Shown: piece by piece, positions 1 through 8,838 of the stretch | Position numbering within the stretch: the first letter of the stretch is position 1 | Layout of the letters: every line of letters starts with the position of its first letter | DNA from: a virus | Taxonomy: Duplodnaviria > Caudoviricetes | Direction: 5' to 3' (one strand) | Length of the DNA stretch: 26,772 bases | Virus record (IMG/VR): IMGVR_UViG_3300025112_000152 | Coordinates: 1-26,772 of that record | Translations under genes and position numbers: made by a program | The notes under the pieces: generated by a model | The model's input: the letters and a program-made list of their open reading frames with translations, nothing else | The model's database searches: none | Told to the model about the DNA's origin: nothing

Positions 1-93
1 TTTTGGTTTAATGAAAATAATGAAACATATAAAATTATAAAATGTTATGATTTTAGAGAAGAAATATTAAAAATAATGAAAAATGGCGGATAG
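1..93 (+). CDS. 3' end of a gene truncated by the window edge, product unknown
   Basis: Frame open from base 1 (FWFNENNETYKIIKCYDFREEILKIMKNGG) to TAG at 91-93, overlapping the next start at 83. Not in the ORF track. Confidence 0.6.
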   Translation, partial: FWFNENNETYKIIKCYDFREEILKIMKNGG

Positions 94-949
94 ATATGAT
101 TTTGTAAAAAAAATGGAAGAAGAGATGTATGGGCCAATCATCTCACACCTAAAAAAAGTAAAGGTAGGAGAAATTAAACATACATGGGCAGCGTTTAAAC
201 CAAGTTTTATACGTAGATGGTTAGAAAAGATAATTAAAAGGGCCTTTGGCATCAGAATTTCACTTGCAAGTCGCAAATATAGAGTCCTTAAAAAAAGTTT
301 AACAGAAAATGGGTATAATCCAGAAAAATATGGGTATATTGAAATAGAAACACTCTACCCAAATACAGACCAACCATATAGAGCAAGAACTGGAAATCAT
401 AGAACTTATTTATTAAAAGAAATATATGGTGATGATTATGAAATAACAGTTAACCATTTAAATATAGGAACAACTGAAGAGGAACAAAAAACATTAGAAC
501 AAGGAAAAGTTTTTCCAAGTGAAAAGGGGTTTCTAGGTAAGATATCACACGCGTTTGGAACAATACCTTTTCTATATTATCCGGCTTTTATATTTTTTAT
601 AGGGTATATGTTTTTACCCCTTATGTTAGTATGCATAACTATCTTTTTAACCTTACGGATTATTCCAGACCCTAACTTCAATAGGGTTGACCAAGTACAT
701 CCGTTTAAAATTTTAAAACCTATATATAATAAATCAAAACGTGTCTATGAATGGATAGTAACATTATATTATAATTATAGAAATATGATTGTGGTTGGTG
801 TATTATTATATTATATATACCATCTATTATCCAATTATTTTTACGAGTTTTTAATTTTGGGGTGTAGCACACTTTTAATAAGTTTAATACTTACACGTTT
901 TAAAATAGACACACAAATAAATTTTAATGATTTAAGAAAAAGAAAATAA
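83..949 (+). CDS. Hypothetical protein with a ParB/Sulfiredoxin-like N-terminal half and a multi-pass membrane C-terminal half
   Basis: KKSLTENGY...RTGNHRTYLL resembles the ParB/Srx (D)GxHR motif. Hydrophobic stretches such as IPFLYYPAFIFFIGYMFLPLMLVCITIFLTL, MIVVGVLLYYIY and FLILGCSTLLISLIL follow. TAATG coupling to the next gene. Confidence 0.55.
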   Translation: MADRYDFVKKMEEEMYGPIISHLKKVKVGEIKHTWAAFKPSFIRRWLEKIIKRAFGIRISLASRKYRVLKKSLTENGYNPEKYGYIEIETLYPNTDQPYRARTGNHRTYLLKEIYGDDYEITVNHLNIGTTEEEQKTLEQGKVFPSEKGFLGKISHAFGTIPFLYYPAFIFFIGYMFLPLMLVCITIFLTLRIIPDPNFNRVDQVHPFKILKPIYNKSKRVYEWIVTLYYNYRNMIVVGVLLYYIYHLLSNYFYEFLILGCSTLLISLILTRFKIDTQINFNDLRKRK

Positions 950-1731
950 TGGTTGAAAAAATTATACATTATTCAGATTTACATTTAAAACTTTATAAAC
1001 AACATAATAGAGATAAGAAAATTATAGAGCAAGCTATTTCAGAATGGAAAAAAATTAAACCAGATAGAATAGTTTTTACAGGAGACTTCGTTCATTCTAA
1101 AAATCAGATGACTCCAGAATTAATAAATTTAATGTCTTGGGTAATGACGGAAACAGCAAATATTTGTAAATGTGTTTATATCATTGGAAATCATGATTTT
1201 TTGGAAAATAACATGGCTAGAATGGATGCAATTTCACCACTTGTAGATAGTTTAAATAATCCAAATATAGTATATTATAAAGATAGAGGTTGTTATGAAG
1301 ACGATAATATATTATGGTGTGTTTATTCATTAACTAGTCATAATGTAAGTCCGGATATACCAGAACAAACTGATAAGTATAAGATAGGGTTATTTCACGG
1401 CCCAATAGAAGGGGCATCTAACGATTTGGGTTTTATATTTGAAGATGGTTTTAGTATAGATAGATTTGAAGAGTGTGATGTAGTATTTGCTGGAGATATA
1501 CATAAAAAACAAACATTTAAAATACCAGGCGGTAAAAAAGTATATATGGTAGGGTCAACCATAATTCAAAATTTCGGTGAAAGTGTAAGAAATCATGGAT
1601 ACGGAGTTTATAATGTTAAAACAAAAAAATATAAATTTTTTAATCTTGATAATTCCCAACCATATCTTAATTTTAGGATAACAGATATTGAAGATATTGA
1701 AAATAAAAAAGAGATTTTAACTAATGCTTAA
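949..1731 (+). CDS. sbcD: SbcD/Mre11-like metallophosphoesterase (nuclease subunit), short, apparently lacking the C-terminal domain
   Basis: Calcineurin-like motifs SDLH, TGDFVH, GNHD, FHG and GDIH. An SbcC ATPase is encoded 3.8 kb downstream. Confidence 0.8.
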   Translation: MVEKIIHYSDLHLKLYKQHNRDKKIIEQAISEWKKIKPDRIVFTGDFVHSKNQMTPELINLMSWVMTETANICKCVYIIGNHDFLENNMARMDAISPLVDSLNNPNIVYYKDRGCYEDDNILWCVYSLTSHNVSPDIPEQTDKYKIGLFHGPIEGASNDLGFIFEDGFSIDRFEECDVVFAGDIHKKQTFKIPGGKKVYMVGSTIIQNFGESVRNHGYGVYNVKTKKYKFFNLDNSQPYLNFRITDIEDIENKKEILTNA

Positions 1732-2170
1732 ACTTAATAAACCATTACAGAAAGACTTTGACGCCTATTGTCAGTTAAACGAGATTGAAGATATTTCACA
1801 TTTTATTGTAAAATGTGCGAAAGATGGTCTCACCCTTGACAAATACGGTGTAGCACCATTTTTACCCAAATCTCAAATCCAAGAAGTGCCGGTAGAAAAG
1901 GAAATAGTAAAAGAAGTAATAAAAGAAATACTAGTAGAAAAAGAAGTGATAGTAGAAAAAATAGTAACCAAGGAGGTAAAAGATACCCACTTGATAGAAG
2001 AGTTGGAAATATTAAAGAAAGATTTAACCAATAAAGAATTAAGGATAAACCAACAAAAAGAAGAAATAAAAAAAATGGAGGATGTATTAGAACACTTTAA
2101 GCATGTCACAGTAAATAGAAGAGCACAATACTTAAAAACCTCTAATTTAGAAGACACATACTTAGATTAA
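1724..2170 (+). CDS. Hypothetical coiled-coil protein with [VI]-[VI]-[EK]-[EK] low-complexity repeats
   Basis: 148 aa ORF overlapping the sbcD stop. Contains VEKEIVKEVIKEILVEKEVIVEKIVTKEV. Confidence 0.75.
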   Translation: MLKLNKPLQKDFDAYCQLNEIEDISHFIVKCAKDGLTLDKYGVAPFLPKSQIQEVPVEKEIVKEVIKEILVEKEVIVEKIVTKEVKDTHLIEELEILKKDLTNKELRINQQKEEIKKMEDVLEHFKHVTVNRRAQYLKTSNLEDTYLD

Positions 2171-2175
2171 ATATT

Positions 2176-2508
2176 ATGGAATTAATAATTTGGATTTTAG
2201 CAGCATACGGAATGTCTCAAATACTAGTATTTGGGAGCATATTTGAGAAACATAGAAATTGGATAACCAAACACTCAACGTTCTTTGGTGATTTATTAGG
2301 ATGTATGATGTGTACATCTACCTGGGTAGGAGCTTTCTTTTCTTTGGCATTTTATTCACCAACGTTATCTATGATAACTATACCATATACTAATATATTT
2401 TTTGACGCAATGTTAGCTAGCGGTGCAGTTTGGGCTATTAATGCTATGGTAGAATGGTTTGAAGAAACCAAACCCCAAGATGAAGATAAAGGCCCCGGAA
2501 TTCTATAG
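2176..2508 (+). CDS. Small membrane protein, DUF1360-like
   Basis: Three hydrophobic segments and LLGCMMCTSTWVG (C-x2-C-x3-W), typical of DUF1360-type proteins. Confidence 0.6.
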   Translation: MELIIWILAAYGMSQILVFGSIFEKHRNWITKHSTFFGDLLGCMMCTSTWVGAFFSLAFYSPTLSMITIPYTNIFFDAMLASGAVWAINAMVEWFEETKPQDEDKGPGIL

Positions 2509-2514
2509 TATAAT

Positions 2515-2549
2515 TTGATTTATCTTGTAGAATATTTTATATTTTACAT
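2515..2549 (+). promoter_or_regulatory. Putative Bacteroidota-type promoter directly abutting the ATG
   Basis: TTGATTTAT-N15-ATATTTTACAT-ATG, with TTG 35 nt before the ATG. Near-identical layout at 5478-5512. Confidence 0.55.
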
Positions 2550-3740
2550 ATGAATAAAGTACAAATACCACTTTTTAAAGTTTTTATGTCGCCGGATGCA
2601 CCTACAGAAGTAGGTAAAGTATTGATGTCTGGATTTGTGGGGGAAGGCCCACAAGTTAAAAAATTTGAAAAAGTATTAAAATCTTATTTTAATAATAATA
2701 ATTTAATAACATTAAATTCCGCTACTTCAGCTCTACATTTAACACTTCATTTACTAAAAAATCCCGTAACTCATATAGAATCATCATATACTCATGCCCC
2801 ACAATTATCAGACTGGCCTGGACTAAAGAAAGGGGATGAAGTTTTGAGTTGTCCTTTAACGTGTACAGCAACTAATTGGCCAATATTAGCAAATAATTTA
2901 AATATAAAATGGGTAGATGTAGACCGAGATACATGTAATATGTGTTTAGATGATTTGGAATCTAAATTATCCAAAAAAACCAAAATAATTATGCTAGTAC
3001 ATTGGGGTGGTAATCCAATAGATTTAGATAGAGTAGAAATAATAAAACAAAAATGTAAAGAAAAATATGGGTTTAGACCTATTGTTATTGAAGATTGTGC
3101 ACATGGTTTTGGGTCAGAATATAAAGGAGAAAAACTAGGAGCATCAAAATACGATAATTTCACGATTTATAGTTTCCAAGCTATAAAGCATTTAACTACC
3201 GTTGATGGTGGTTGTTTAATATTACCAGATAATAAATTTTATAAAAGAGCTAAATTATTAAGATGGTATGGAATAGATAGAGAAGATAATAGAAAAGATT
3301 TTAGATGTGAAAACGATATATCGGAATGGGGGTTTAAGTTTCATATGAATGATATTGCAGCAACTATAGGATTAAGTAATTTTAAACACATTAAAACTAT
3401 TATAGAAAAGCATAAACAGAATGCTAAATACTATGATAAAGAATTAAAAAATATAGAAAATATTAAATTAATAAATAAGGGTGATAATAACCCTACTTAT
3501 TGGACATATACACTTAAAGTAAAACACCAAAAAAGGTTTATGGATATGATGGAATCAAAAGGAATTATGGTTAGTAGGATTCATGAACGTAATGATAAAC
3601 ATTCTTGTGTTTCTAAGTATAAAACAAAATTACCTAATTTAGATAGGTTAGTTAATGAAATGATTTGTATACCAGTAGGTTGGTGGCTAACTAAAGAGGA
3701 TAGAGAATATATAGTTAAGTGTATTAAAGGAGGATGGTAA
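2550..3740 (+). CDS. DegT/DnrJ/EryC1/StrS family PLP-dependent nucleotide-sugar aminotransferase
   Basis: NSATSALHL, LVHWGG, IEDCAH and SFQAIKHLTTVDGG (PLP lysine), plus GFKFHMNDIAA. Confidence 0.92.
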   Translation: MNKVQIPLFKVFMSPDAPTEVGKVLMSGFVGEGPQVKKFEKVLKSYFNNNNLITLNSATSALHLTLHLLKNPVTHIESSYTHAPQLSDWPGLKKGDEVLSCPLTCTATNWPILANNLNIKWVDVDRDTCNMCLDDLESKLSKKTKIIMLVHWGGNPIDLDRVEIIKQKCKEKYGFRPIVIEDCAHGFGSEYKGEKLGASKYDNFTIYSFQAIKHLTTVDGGCLILPDNKFYKRAKLLRWYGIDREDNRKDFRCENDISEWGFKFHMNDIAATIGLSNFKHIKTIIEKHKQNAKYYDKELKNIENIKLINKGDNNPTYWTYTLKVKHQKRFMDMMESKGIMVSRIHERNDKHSCVSKYKTKLPNLDRLVNEMICIPVGWWLTKEDREYIVKCIKGGW

Positions 3741-4774
3741 GAAATAAAAGTATTTCGTGTATAGTAATCACAAATGGATTAAATAATAGATTTCTCAAGG
3801 AGAGAACCTTATTTAGCATTTTAAATACCACTAACACAATAGGGTGGGACGTAGAGATTATAGTAGTAGATAATAGTCCCGAACAAAATATTAAAACTAT
3901 TTTAATAAATGAAGGATATAATAATGTAATAAGTAAAAGAATAAAGATAATAAATTCATTACCCAATCATTTACCAAAAGCTTTTAATCTTGGAGTAAAA
4001 ACATCCACTAAAAAATATATAGCTTTATTTCATGATGACTGTGAAATACTAGATAATAAATGGGTTGAAAAATTAACTAGTGAACTAAATGATGATGTAT
4101 ATGCAGTAGGACCAGAACTCCATACAAATGTAACCCCACATAAAATAATAACACAAAAATCATATCTTAAAGAAGTTCCTACTGTATTAGAAAGAGAAAA
4201 ATTTTTATCCTTGGGAGGATATGATGAAACTTATTATTGGGGGTTTGAAGATGTGATGTTTTCCGCAAACATATTAAATCAAGGAAAAAACATAAAACAA
4301 ATTCCAATAGAATATGTTCATTTTGATGGCATGTCTACAATTCTACTACAAAGAAAAAATCATCCAAAAGTAGATAAAGATAAGTTTATAGAAATTCAAA
4401 ATACTTTTGTAGGGATGAAAAGGAAAGAAGAATTCACCACCCACCAAGACGAAAACATGGAATATTTGGAAGTTAAGATTAAAGATGTAGCGCCTAATAA
4501 AGCGATGTATGCCTCACTTGTAGTCCTTAATAAATCATTTAAGATGAAAATAAGAAAAAATATAGGGGTAAATTTAGGGTATGGACAAACTTTTAAATAC
4601 TGGAAAAGTGCCAATATACCTACAGAGGTATTAATAGGGCTGATGCCGAAAACTAAAAATGATATAGAAGTTTTAATGAAAGATATCAGAGAAAATAAAG
4701 ATGGAGAACTTTATAGTAGTTTAGAGAAATATAAAGGAGAGATATTTAAAAGATATTTTGAAACTACCCTTTAG
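3734..4774 (+). CDS. Glycosyltransferase family 2 (GT-A) with an uncharacterised C-terminal extension
   Basis: EIIVVDNS, AFNLG, ALFHDDC (DxD-like) and GGYDE.YYWGFEDV. Confidence 0.85.
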   Translation: MVRNKSISCIVITNGLNNRFLKERTLFSILNTTNTIGWDVEIIVVDNSPEQNIKTILINEGYNNVISKRIKIINSLPNHLPKAFNLGVKTSTKKYIALFHDDCEILDNKWVEKLTSELNDDVYAVGPELHTNVTPHKIITQKSYLKEVPTVLEREKFLSLGGYDETYYWGFEDVMFSANILNQGKNIKQIPIEYVHFDGMSTILLQRKNHPKVDKDKFIEIQNTFVGMKRKEEFTTHQDENMEYLEVKIKDVAPNKAMYASLVVLNKSFKMKIRKNIGVNLGYGQTFKYWKSANIPTEVLIGLMPKTKNDIEVLMKDIRENKDGELYSSLEKYKGEIFKRYFETTL

Positions 4775-5471
4775 CGTTTGGGTCACAGAATTTACCTGCT
4801 CTATTTTCCCTCCCACCAGCAGGAATAGTACCACCATCCTCAATCATATTTATAGGGTTAATTTTATCCTCACCTCTCCAGGTTATATAATGTAAATGAG
4901 GACCACCAGAATTACCTGCTCCCGGGTCATACTTTGCACCACCGGTTATCCCAATAGGGAAACCCTTAGGTACCTTTAAACCATATAAATTTTCATTAAC
5001 AACTCTTAAATGACAATACCCTACAGCATCACCATTATTACACTGTAGTTTTATAAAACCACCACAGTCACCCTCACCATCACTTGCTTTTGTTATTACA
5101 CCCGCACATGCAGAGATTATAGGCTGATTATTTGAAACTCCAGTAGTATCTATATCTATACCTGAATGCATCCTATTAGTACCAGTAGCTGTTCTAAAAC
5201 CATAACAACTATTAATGTACTTAGGTAACCCTAAGAAAGTAGGTATAGGGTATAGTGTTGGAGCATCCTTGTTCTTTTTATATGAATCGGGAATAAAGGA
5301 TAAGGCCTTTTCAAACTTTTCCTTACTTAAACGTGATAAAATTTGAAAATCTAGAGCTGTTGGATTCTGTAATCGTTTAACAAGTGCTTTTATTTTCTTT
5401 TTAAGTACGTATTCCCACGCTTGTTCCGTTATTAATTCTTGGTATTGTTTTTCTGTAAGTTGTATTTCCAC
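4764..5471 (-). CDS. M23 family metallopeptidase (peptidoglycan endopeptidase) with an N-terminal ITExQ-type peptide
   Basis: HSGIDI (HxxxD), YCHL and GPHLHY (HxH). Start reassigned to GTG at 5471 (MEIQLTEKQYQELITEQ) because the 5540 start overlaps sbcC and lies upstream of the ATATTTAT box. Confidence 0.85.
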   Translation of the reverse strand: MEIQLTEKQYQELITEQAWEYVLKKKIKALVKRLQNPTALDFQILSRLSKEKFEKALSFIPDSYKKNKDAPTLYPIPTFLGLPKYINSCYGFRTATGTNRMHSGIDIDTTGVSNNQPIISACAGVITKASDGEGDCGGFIKLQCNNGDAVGYCHLRVVNENLYGLKVPKGFPIGITGGAKYDPGAGNSGGPHLHYITWRGEDKINPINMIEDGGTIPAGGRENRAGKFCDPNAKG

Positions 5472-5477
5472 TTCATA

Positions 5478-5512
5478 TTGATTTATACTAATAAATATAC
5501 GATATTTTACAT
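5478..5512 (+). promoter_or_regulatory. Putative promoter of sbcC, with an oppositely oriented ATATTTAT box (5491-5498, minus strand) inside it
   Basis: TTGATTTAT-N15-ATATTTTACAT-ATG. ATAAATAT at 5491-5498 reads ATATTTAT on the minus strand, 19 nt before the M23 GTG. Confidence 0.55.
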
Positions 5513-7840
5513 ATGGAAATAGATAAATTAGAAAACCCATTTATTAAGGTAACATGGGATGATATACCAGAAAATTTTACTCAGGAACGGATAAAAAGAG
5601 TTAGGAGTTACTTCCAGAATAAGTATAATTCTAAAAATGTGACGGTTTTAACTCGAGGAATTGATAGAAAATCTGGTAAGGAACTCGATATAGACTTGGA
5701 ACAAAATGTTATGGACCCAATATATCAAAGAAAGTTGATGTCACAATTTGTAATGGCAAATGATATTGGTGCAGATATTAAATTATTAAAAAGATTAGAT
5801 GATAAAGTAAATGCAAAAATATCTGACGAACTAGAAATAGATACTAAATATAAAAGAGTTTATATTAAAAATATAAAATTTTCTAATTTTCTATCCTTTG
5901 GTGATGGTAACATAGTAGATTTTAATAAATTAGGTGGAATCACTGTAATCGACTCCAACCCCCCAAACTTCGGAGGTAAATCAGTGTTAGCGGTAGATTT
6001 AATATTATTCTTATTTTTTAATACCACAACTAAAACAACTAAAGCTATGGACATCTTTAATAGATTTAGAAAATCTAATGAAGTATTAGTGCAAGGAGAA
6101 GTGGAAATAGATGGTAATGATTATATAATAGTTAGAAAAATTAAAAGAAGAAAAACTAAAAAAGGTGATTGGTCAGTTAGTACTAGTTTAGAATTTTTAG
6201 AAAGAAAAAAAGATGGGTCTTTACAAAATTTTACCGGAGAACAAAGACGTGAAACCGAGAAATTCATAAAAGAGTCTATTGGTACAATGAATGACTTTCT
6301 ACTAACTGTACTGTCCACAGCAGGCAATCTAGAGTCACTGATAGACTCAAAACCCACAGAAAGAGGTAATATTCTAAGTAGATTTATAGGATTAGAAATT
6401 TTAAAGGATAAAGAGGATGTGTGTAAGAAAATGTACTCAGAATGGTCCAAAAAACTTATTTCTAATGTCTATAATACAGAAGAATTAAAAGAAGAAATAA
6501 TAACATCACAGGAAGAAAAAGATAATCTATTAGAGATAACCATAAATCACCAAAAGGAACTAAACACAATAGTTACCCAACTTAAAAAAAAGAATAATTC
6601 TAGAGACGAATTAATAAGTCAAAAAAACACTGATATAGAGATAGAGATACAAAAGGTAAATCCTCGTCTTATAAAAGAAAATATTACTAACCATACCACT
6701 GATTTAGAATTATTAAATAAAAAATTAACTGTGTATGGTGATAGTGAAAAACCAGACAGTGCAGACTTAGAGTTATTGAAAAATAAAAAAATAGAACTCA
6801 ACACATTAATTTTAGAGAAAACTACCGATAACGCTAATTTGAGGAATGTAAATAAAACTACGAAAGAATTAGAAGAATCTGAAATATGTCCTTTATGTAA
6901 AAGAAATTTAGATGATGTTGACCACAGTAACGAAATTAAAAAATTAAAGACTAAAATAACCAAACTTACTACCACTATAGATAAAAATAATAAACTTATA
7001 GAGAAATTAGAAAAATCAATTGATTTATTAGAATCTAAAAAAATAGTTTTTTATGAGTATGAAAAAGAGATTTTAAAAAAAGAAAGATTGGTATTAGAAA
7101 TAGGACAAAAAGAATTAGTTATTACTAAATTAAAAGATAAATTAATAAAATGGAAAGAAAATAAAGAGAAGTTAGAGAAGAATGCAGAGATAGAGAAAAA
7201 AATATTAAGTTTAAATTCACAGTTAGATATATTAGAAACTAATAAGGATAAATTTTTTAGAGAAATAGAAACTTATAGTAATAGAATAAAAAATATTGAT
7301 ATTTTAGTTTCTGAACATATTATTAAGATAGATAAGATTAAAAAAGAGAATGACGTTAATAAAGTTTTTAGGGCTTATTTAACAGTATTTGGTAAGAATG
7401 GTATTATAAAAACTATAGTTAAAAGTGTCGTACCTAAGTTAAATAATGAACTAATGAGGTTATTATCGGATGTTACTAATTTTATGGTAGAAATAAAAGT
7501 TAATGACAAAAATGAAGTAGAATTCTGGATGGTAGATAACAACACAAATGTAGAAAAACTTTTAGCTAGTGGAAGCGGGTTTGAAAAAACATTAGCGTCT
7601 TTAGCTATTAGAACAGTATTAACCAAAGTATCTTGTTTACCTAGACCGAATATAACAGTATTTGATGAGGTACTGGGGAAGGTCAGTAATGAAAATCTAG
7701 ACCAAGTAGGGGTATTTTTTAAGCGAGTCAAAGAGTACTTTGAAAATATATTTTTAATAACACATAATCCTTTAGTAAGAGAATGGGCAGACAATATCGT
7801 AACTATTAATAAAGAAAATAATATTTCTAAGCTCAAATAA
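5513..7840 (+). CDS. sbcC: SbcC/Rad50-like SMC-type ATPase with an N-terminal extension of about 110 aa
   Basis: IKFSNFLSFG, Walker A NFGGKS, long coiled coil with zinc hook CPLC, signature variant SGSGFEK, Walker B FDEV and H-loop ITH. Confidence 0.9.
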   Translation: MEIDKLENPFIKVTWDDIPENFTQERIKRVRSYFQNKYNSKNVTVLTRGIDRKSGKELDIDLEQNVMDPIYQRKLMSQFVMANDIGADIKLLKRLDDKVNAKISDELEIDTKYKRVYIKNIKFSNFLSFGDGNIVDFNKLGGITVIDSNPPNFGGKSVLAVDLILFLFFNTTTKTTKAMDIFNRFRKSNEVLVQGEVEIDGNDYIIVRKIKRRKTKKGDWSVSTSLEFLERKKDGSLQNFTGEQRRETEKFIKESIGTMNDFLLTVLSTAGNLESLIDSKPTERGNILSRFIGLEILKDKEDVCKKMYSEWSKKLISNVYNTEELKEEIITSQEEKDNLLEITINHQKELNTIVTQLKKKNNSRDELISQKNTDIEIEIQKVNPRLIKENITNHTTDLELLNKKLTVYGDSEKPDSADLELLKNKKIELNTLILEKTTDNANLRNVNKTTKELEESEICPLCKRNLDDVDHSNEIKKLKTKITKLTTTIDKNNKLIEKLEKSIDLLESKKIVFYEYEKEILKKERLVLEIGQKELVITKLKDKLIKWKENKEKLEKNAEIEKKILSLNSQLDILETNKDKFFREIETYSNRIKNIDILVSEHIIKIDKIKKENDVNKVFRAYLTVFGKNGIIKTIVKSVVPKLNNELMRLLSDVTNFMVEIKVNDKNEVEFWMVDNNTNVEKLLASGSGFEKTLASLAIRTVLTKVSCLPRPNITVFDEVLGKVSNENLDQVGVFFKRVKEYFENIFLITHNPLVREWADNIVTINKENNISKLK

Positions 7841-7848
7841 ATATTTAT
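7841..7848 (+). promoter_or_regulatory. ATATTTAT box (putative late promoter)
   Basis: Exact motif in the 13-nt gap before the ATG at 7854. Recurs before eight other starts. Confidence 0.55.
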
Positions 7849-7853
7849 ATTAT

Positions 7854-8408
7854 ATGGAACCAAGAGTTAAACAATATCTTTTATTTATGTTCGGACAATG
7901 GAACACTCTAGAAAATAATACCGAGGTAGTTAATAACATTAAAGATGTTATGGGAACTATTGTCGCTGAAGAAGAATTTACATTTATAACTGGAGACCAT
8001 GTAATAATAATGTGTATAAAATCTCGTATGCCTTTCGAAGAGATAGAAGAAGTATTAAAAGAGTTTCTAAGCCCTCATATCAACACATTATTTTTAATAC
8101 CAAGACCAAGAAAATTATTTTTTAGATTGGACGAAAATCTTAAAAACCATTTATTTGGAAGCCCCAAAAAAAGGTATAAACACATAAATCCGAAAATTGC
8201 AGAAATTTTAAGTCAACAACTAAAATCTATCGTCGATAAAAGAGTAAAAAAATTAAAAAGAGATATTGATTTCTCTAAAAAAGATAATACCATTAAAAAG
8301 CTACAGCTCCTACCAATGACAATAGATAGTTTATTGGATAAAATAATAGACCATGGAATTGATAGTCTAACAAAAGAAGAAAAAGAATTCCTAAATAGTT
8401 TTAATTAA
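7854..8408 (+). CDS. Hypothetical protein with a C-terminal DUF6576-like helix pair
   Basis: Ends IDSLLDKIIDHGIDSLTKEEKEFL, which matches the D-x-I/L-L-D-K-I-x3-G-x2-S-L-T-x-E-E-K pattern. Confidence 0.65.
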   Translation: MEPRVKQYLLFMFGQWNTLENNTEVVNNIKDVMGTIVAEEEFTFITGDHVIIMCIKSRMPFEEIEEVLKEFLSPHINTLFLIPRPRKLFFRLDENLKNHLFGSPKKRYKHINPKIAEILSQQLKSIVDKRVKKLKRDIDFSKKDNTIKKLQLLPMTIDSLLDKIIDHGIDSLTKEEKEFLNSFN

Positions 8409-8414
8409 TAAAAT

Positions 8415-8753
8415 ATGAAATTAGATACCTCAAAATATAAAATAACCCTTATGACAGAAACTGTATGTCCTACTTGTCAGGAGATACAACAATTATTCAC
8501 TGATAATCTTATAAAATATGTCAACAAATGTATTACCCACAAGGTCGCGGGTGACCCAGTAACTAATAAAGAATTTGGAGAGAATAGATGGGAGTTTCAC
8601 GACCTTGCGACAGACTTTCCAGATAGAGTAAATAACACACCAGTAATGATAATAGAGCATTTAGATGGAAAAAAAGAAATTTTTAGTGCTGGTAGAGGTT
8701 ATGAAAGTGCTGAAGAAGCTTTACAATTAGTAAAAGAAAATTACTGCATTTAA
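8415..8753 (+). CDS. Glutaredoxin/thioredoxin-fold protein
   Basis: CPTC (CxxC) after the first beta strand and a downstream TPVMII cis-Pro motif. Confidence 0.7.
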   Translation: MKLDTSKYKITLMTETVCPTCQEIQQLFTDNLIKYVNKCITHKVAGDPVTNKEFGENRWEFHDLATDFPDRVNNTPVMIIEHLDGKKEIFSAGRGYESAEEALQLVKENYCI

Positions 8754-8769
8754 AAAATCTTTAAAATCC

Positions 8770-8800
8770 TTGTTCGTTACAAATTAATTTTTTATCTTTG
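8770..8800 (+). promoter_or_regulatory. Bacteroidota-type promoter upstream of the sigma gene
   Basis: TTG at 8770, N20, then TATCTTTG at 8793-8800, a perfect TAnnTTTG (-7) element. Confidence 0.7.
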
Positions 8801-8809
8801 TACTCGTAT

Positions 8810-8838
8810 GTTATACCTGACAAAAAGTCAGGTATAAC
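8810..8838 (+). repeat. Perfect 12-bp inverted repeat (hairpin or operator) in the sigma leader
   Basis: GTTATACCTGAC-AAAAA-GTCAGGTATAAC, with no U-tract after it on either strand. Confidence 0.85.

Noticed and set aside
1885-1985. GTAGAAAAAGAA-like short repeats as a DNA-level repeat element
   Set aside because: Explained by the VEKE/IVKE low-complexity protein sequence.
8810-8838. Hairpin as an intrinsic terminator for the glutaredoxin-like gene
   Set aside because: There is no U-tract on either side, and it lies downstream of a clear promoter element, so a leader or operator role fits better.
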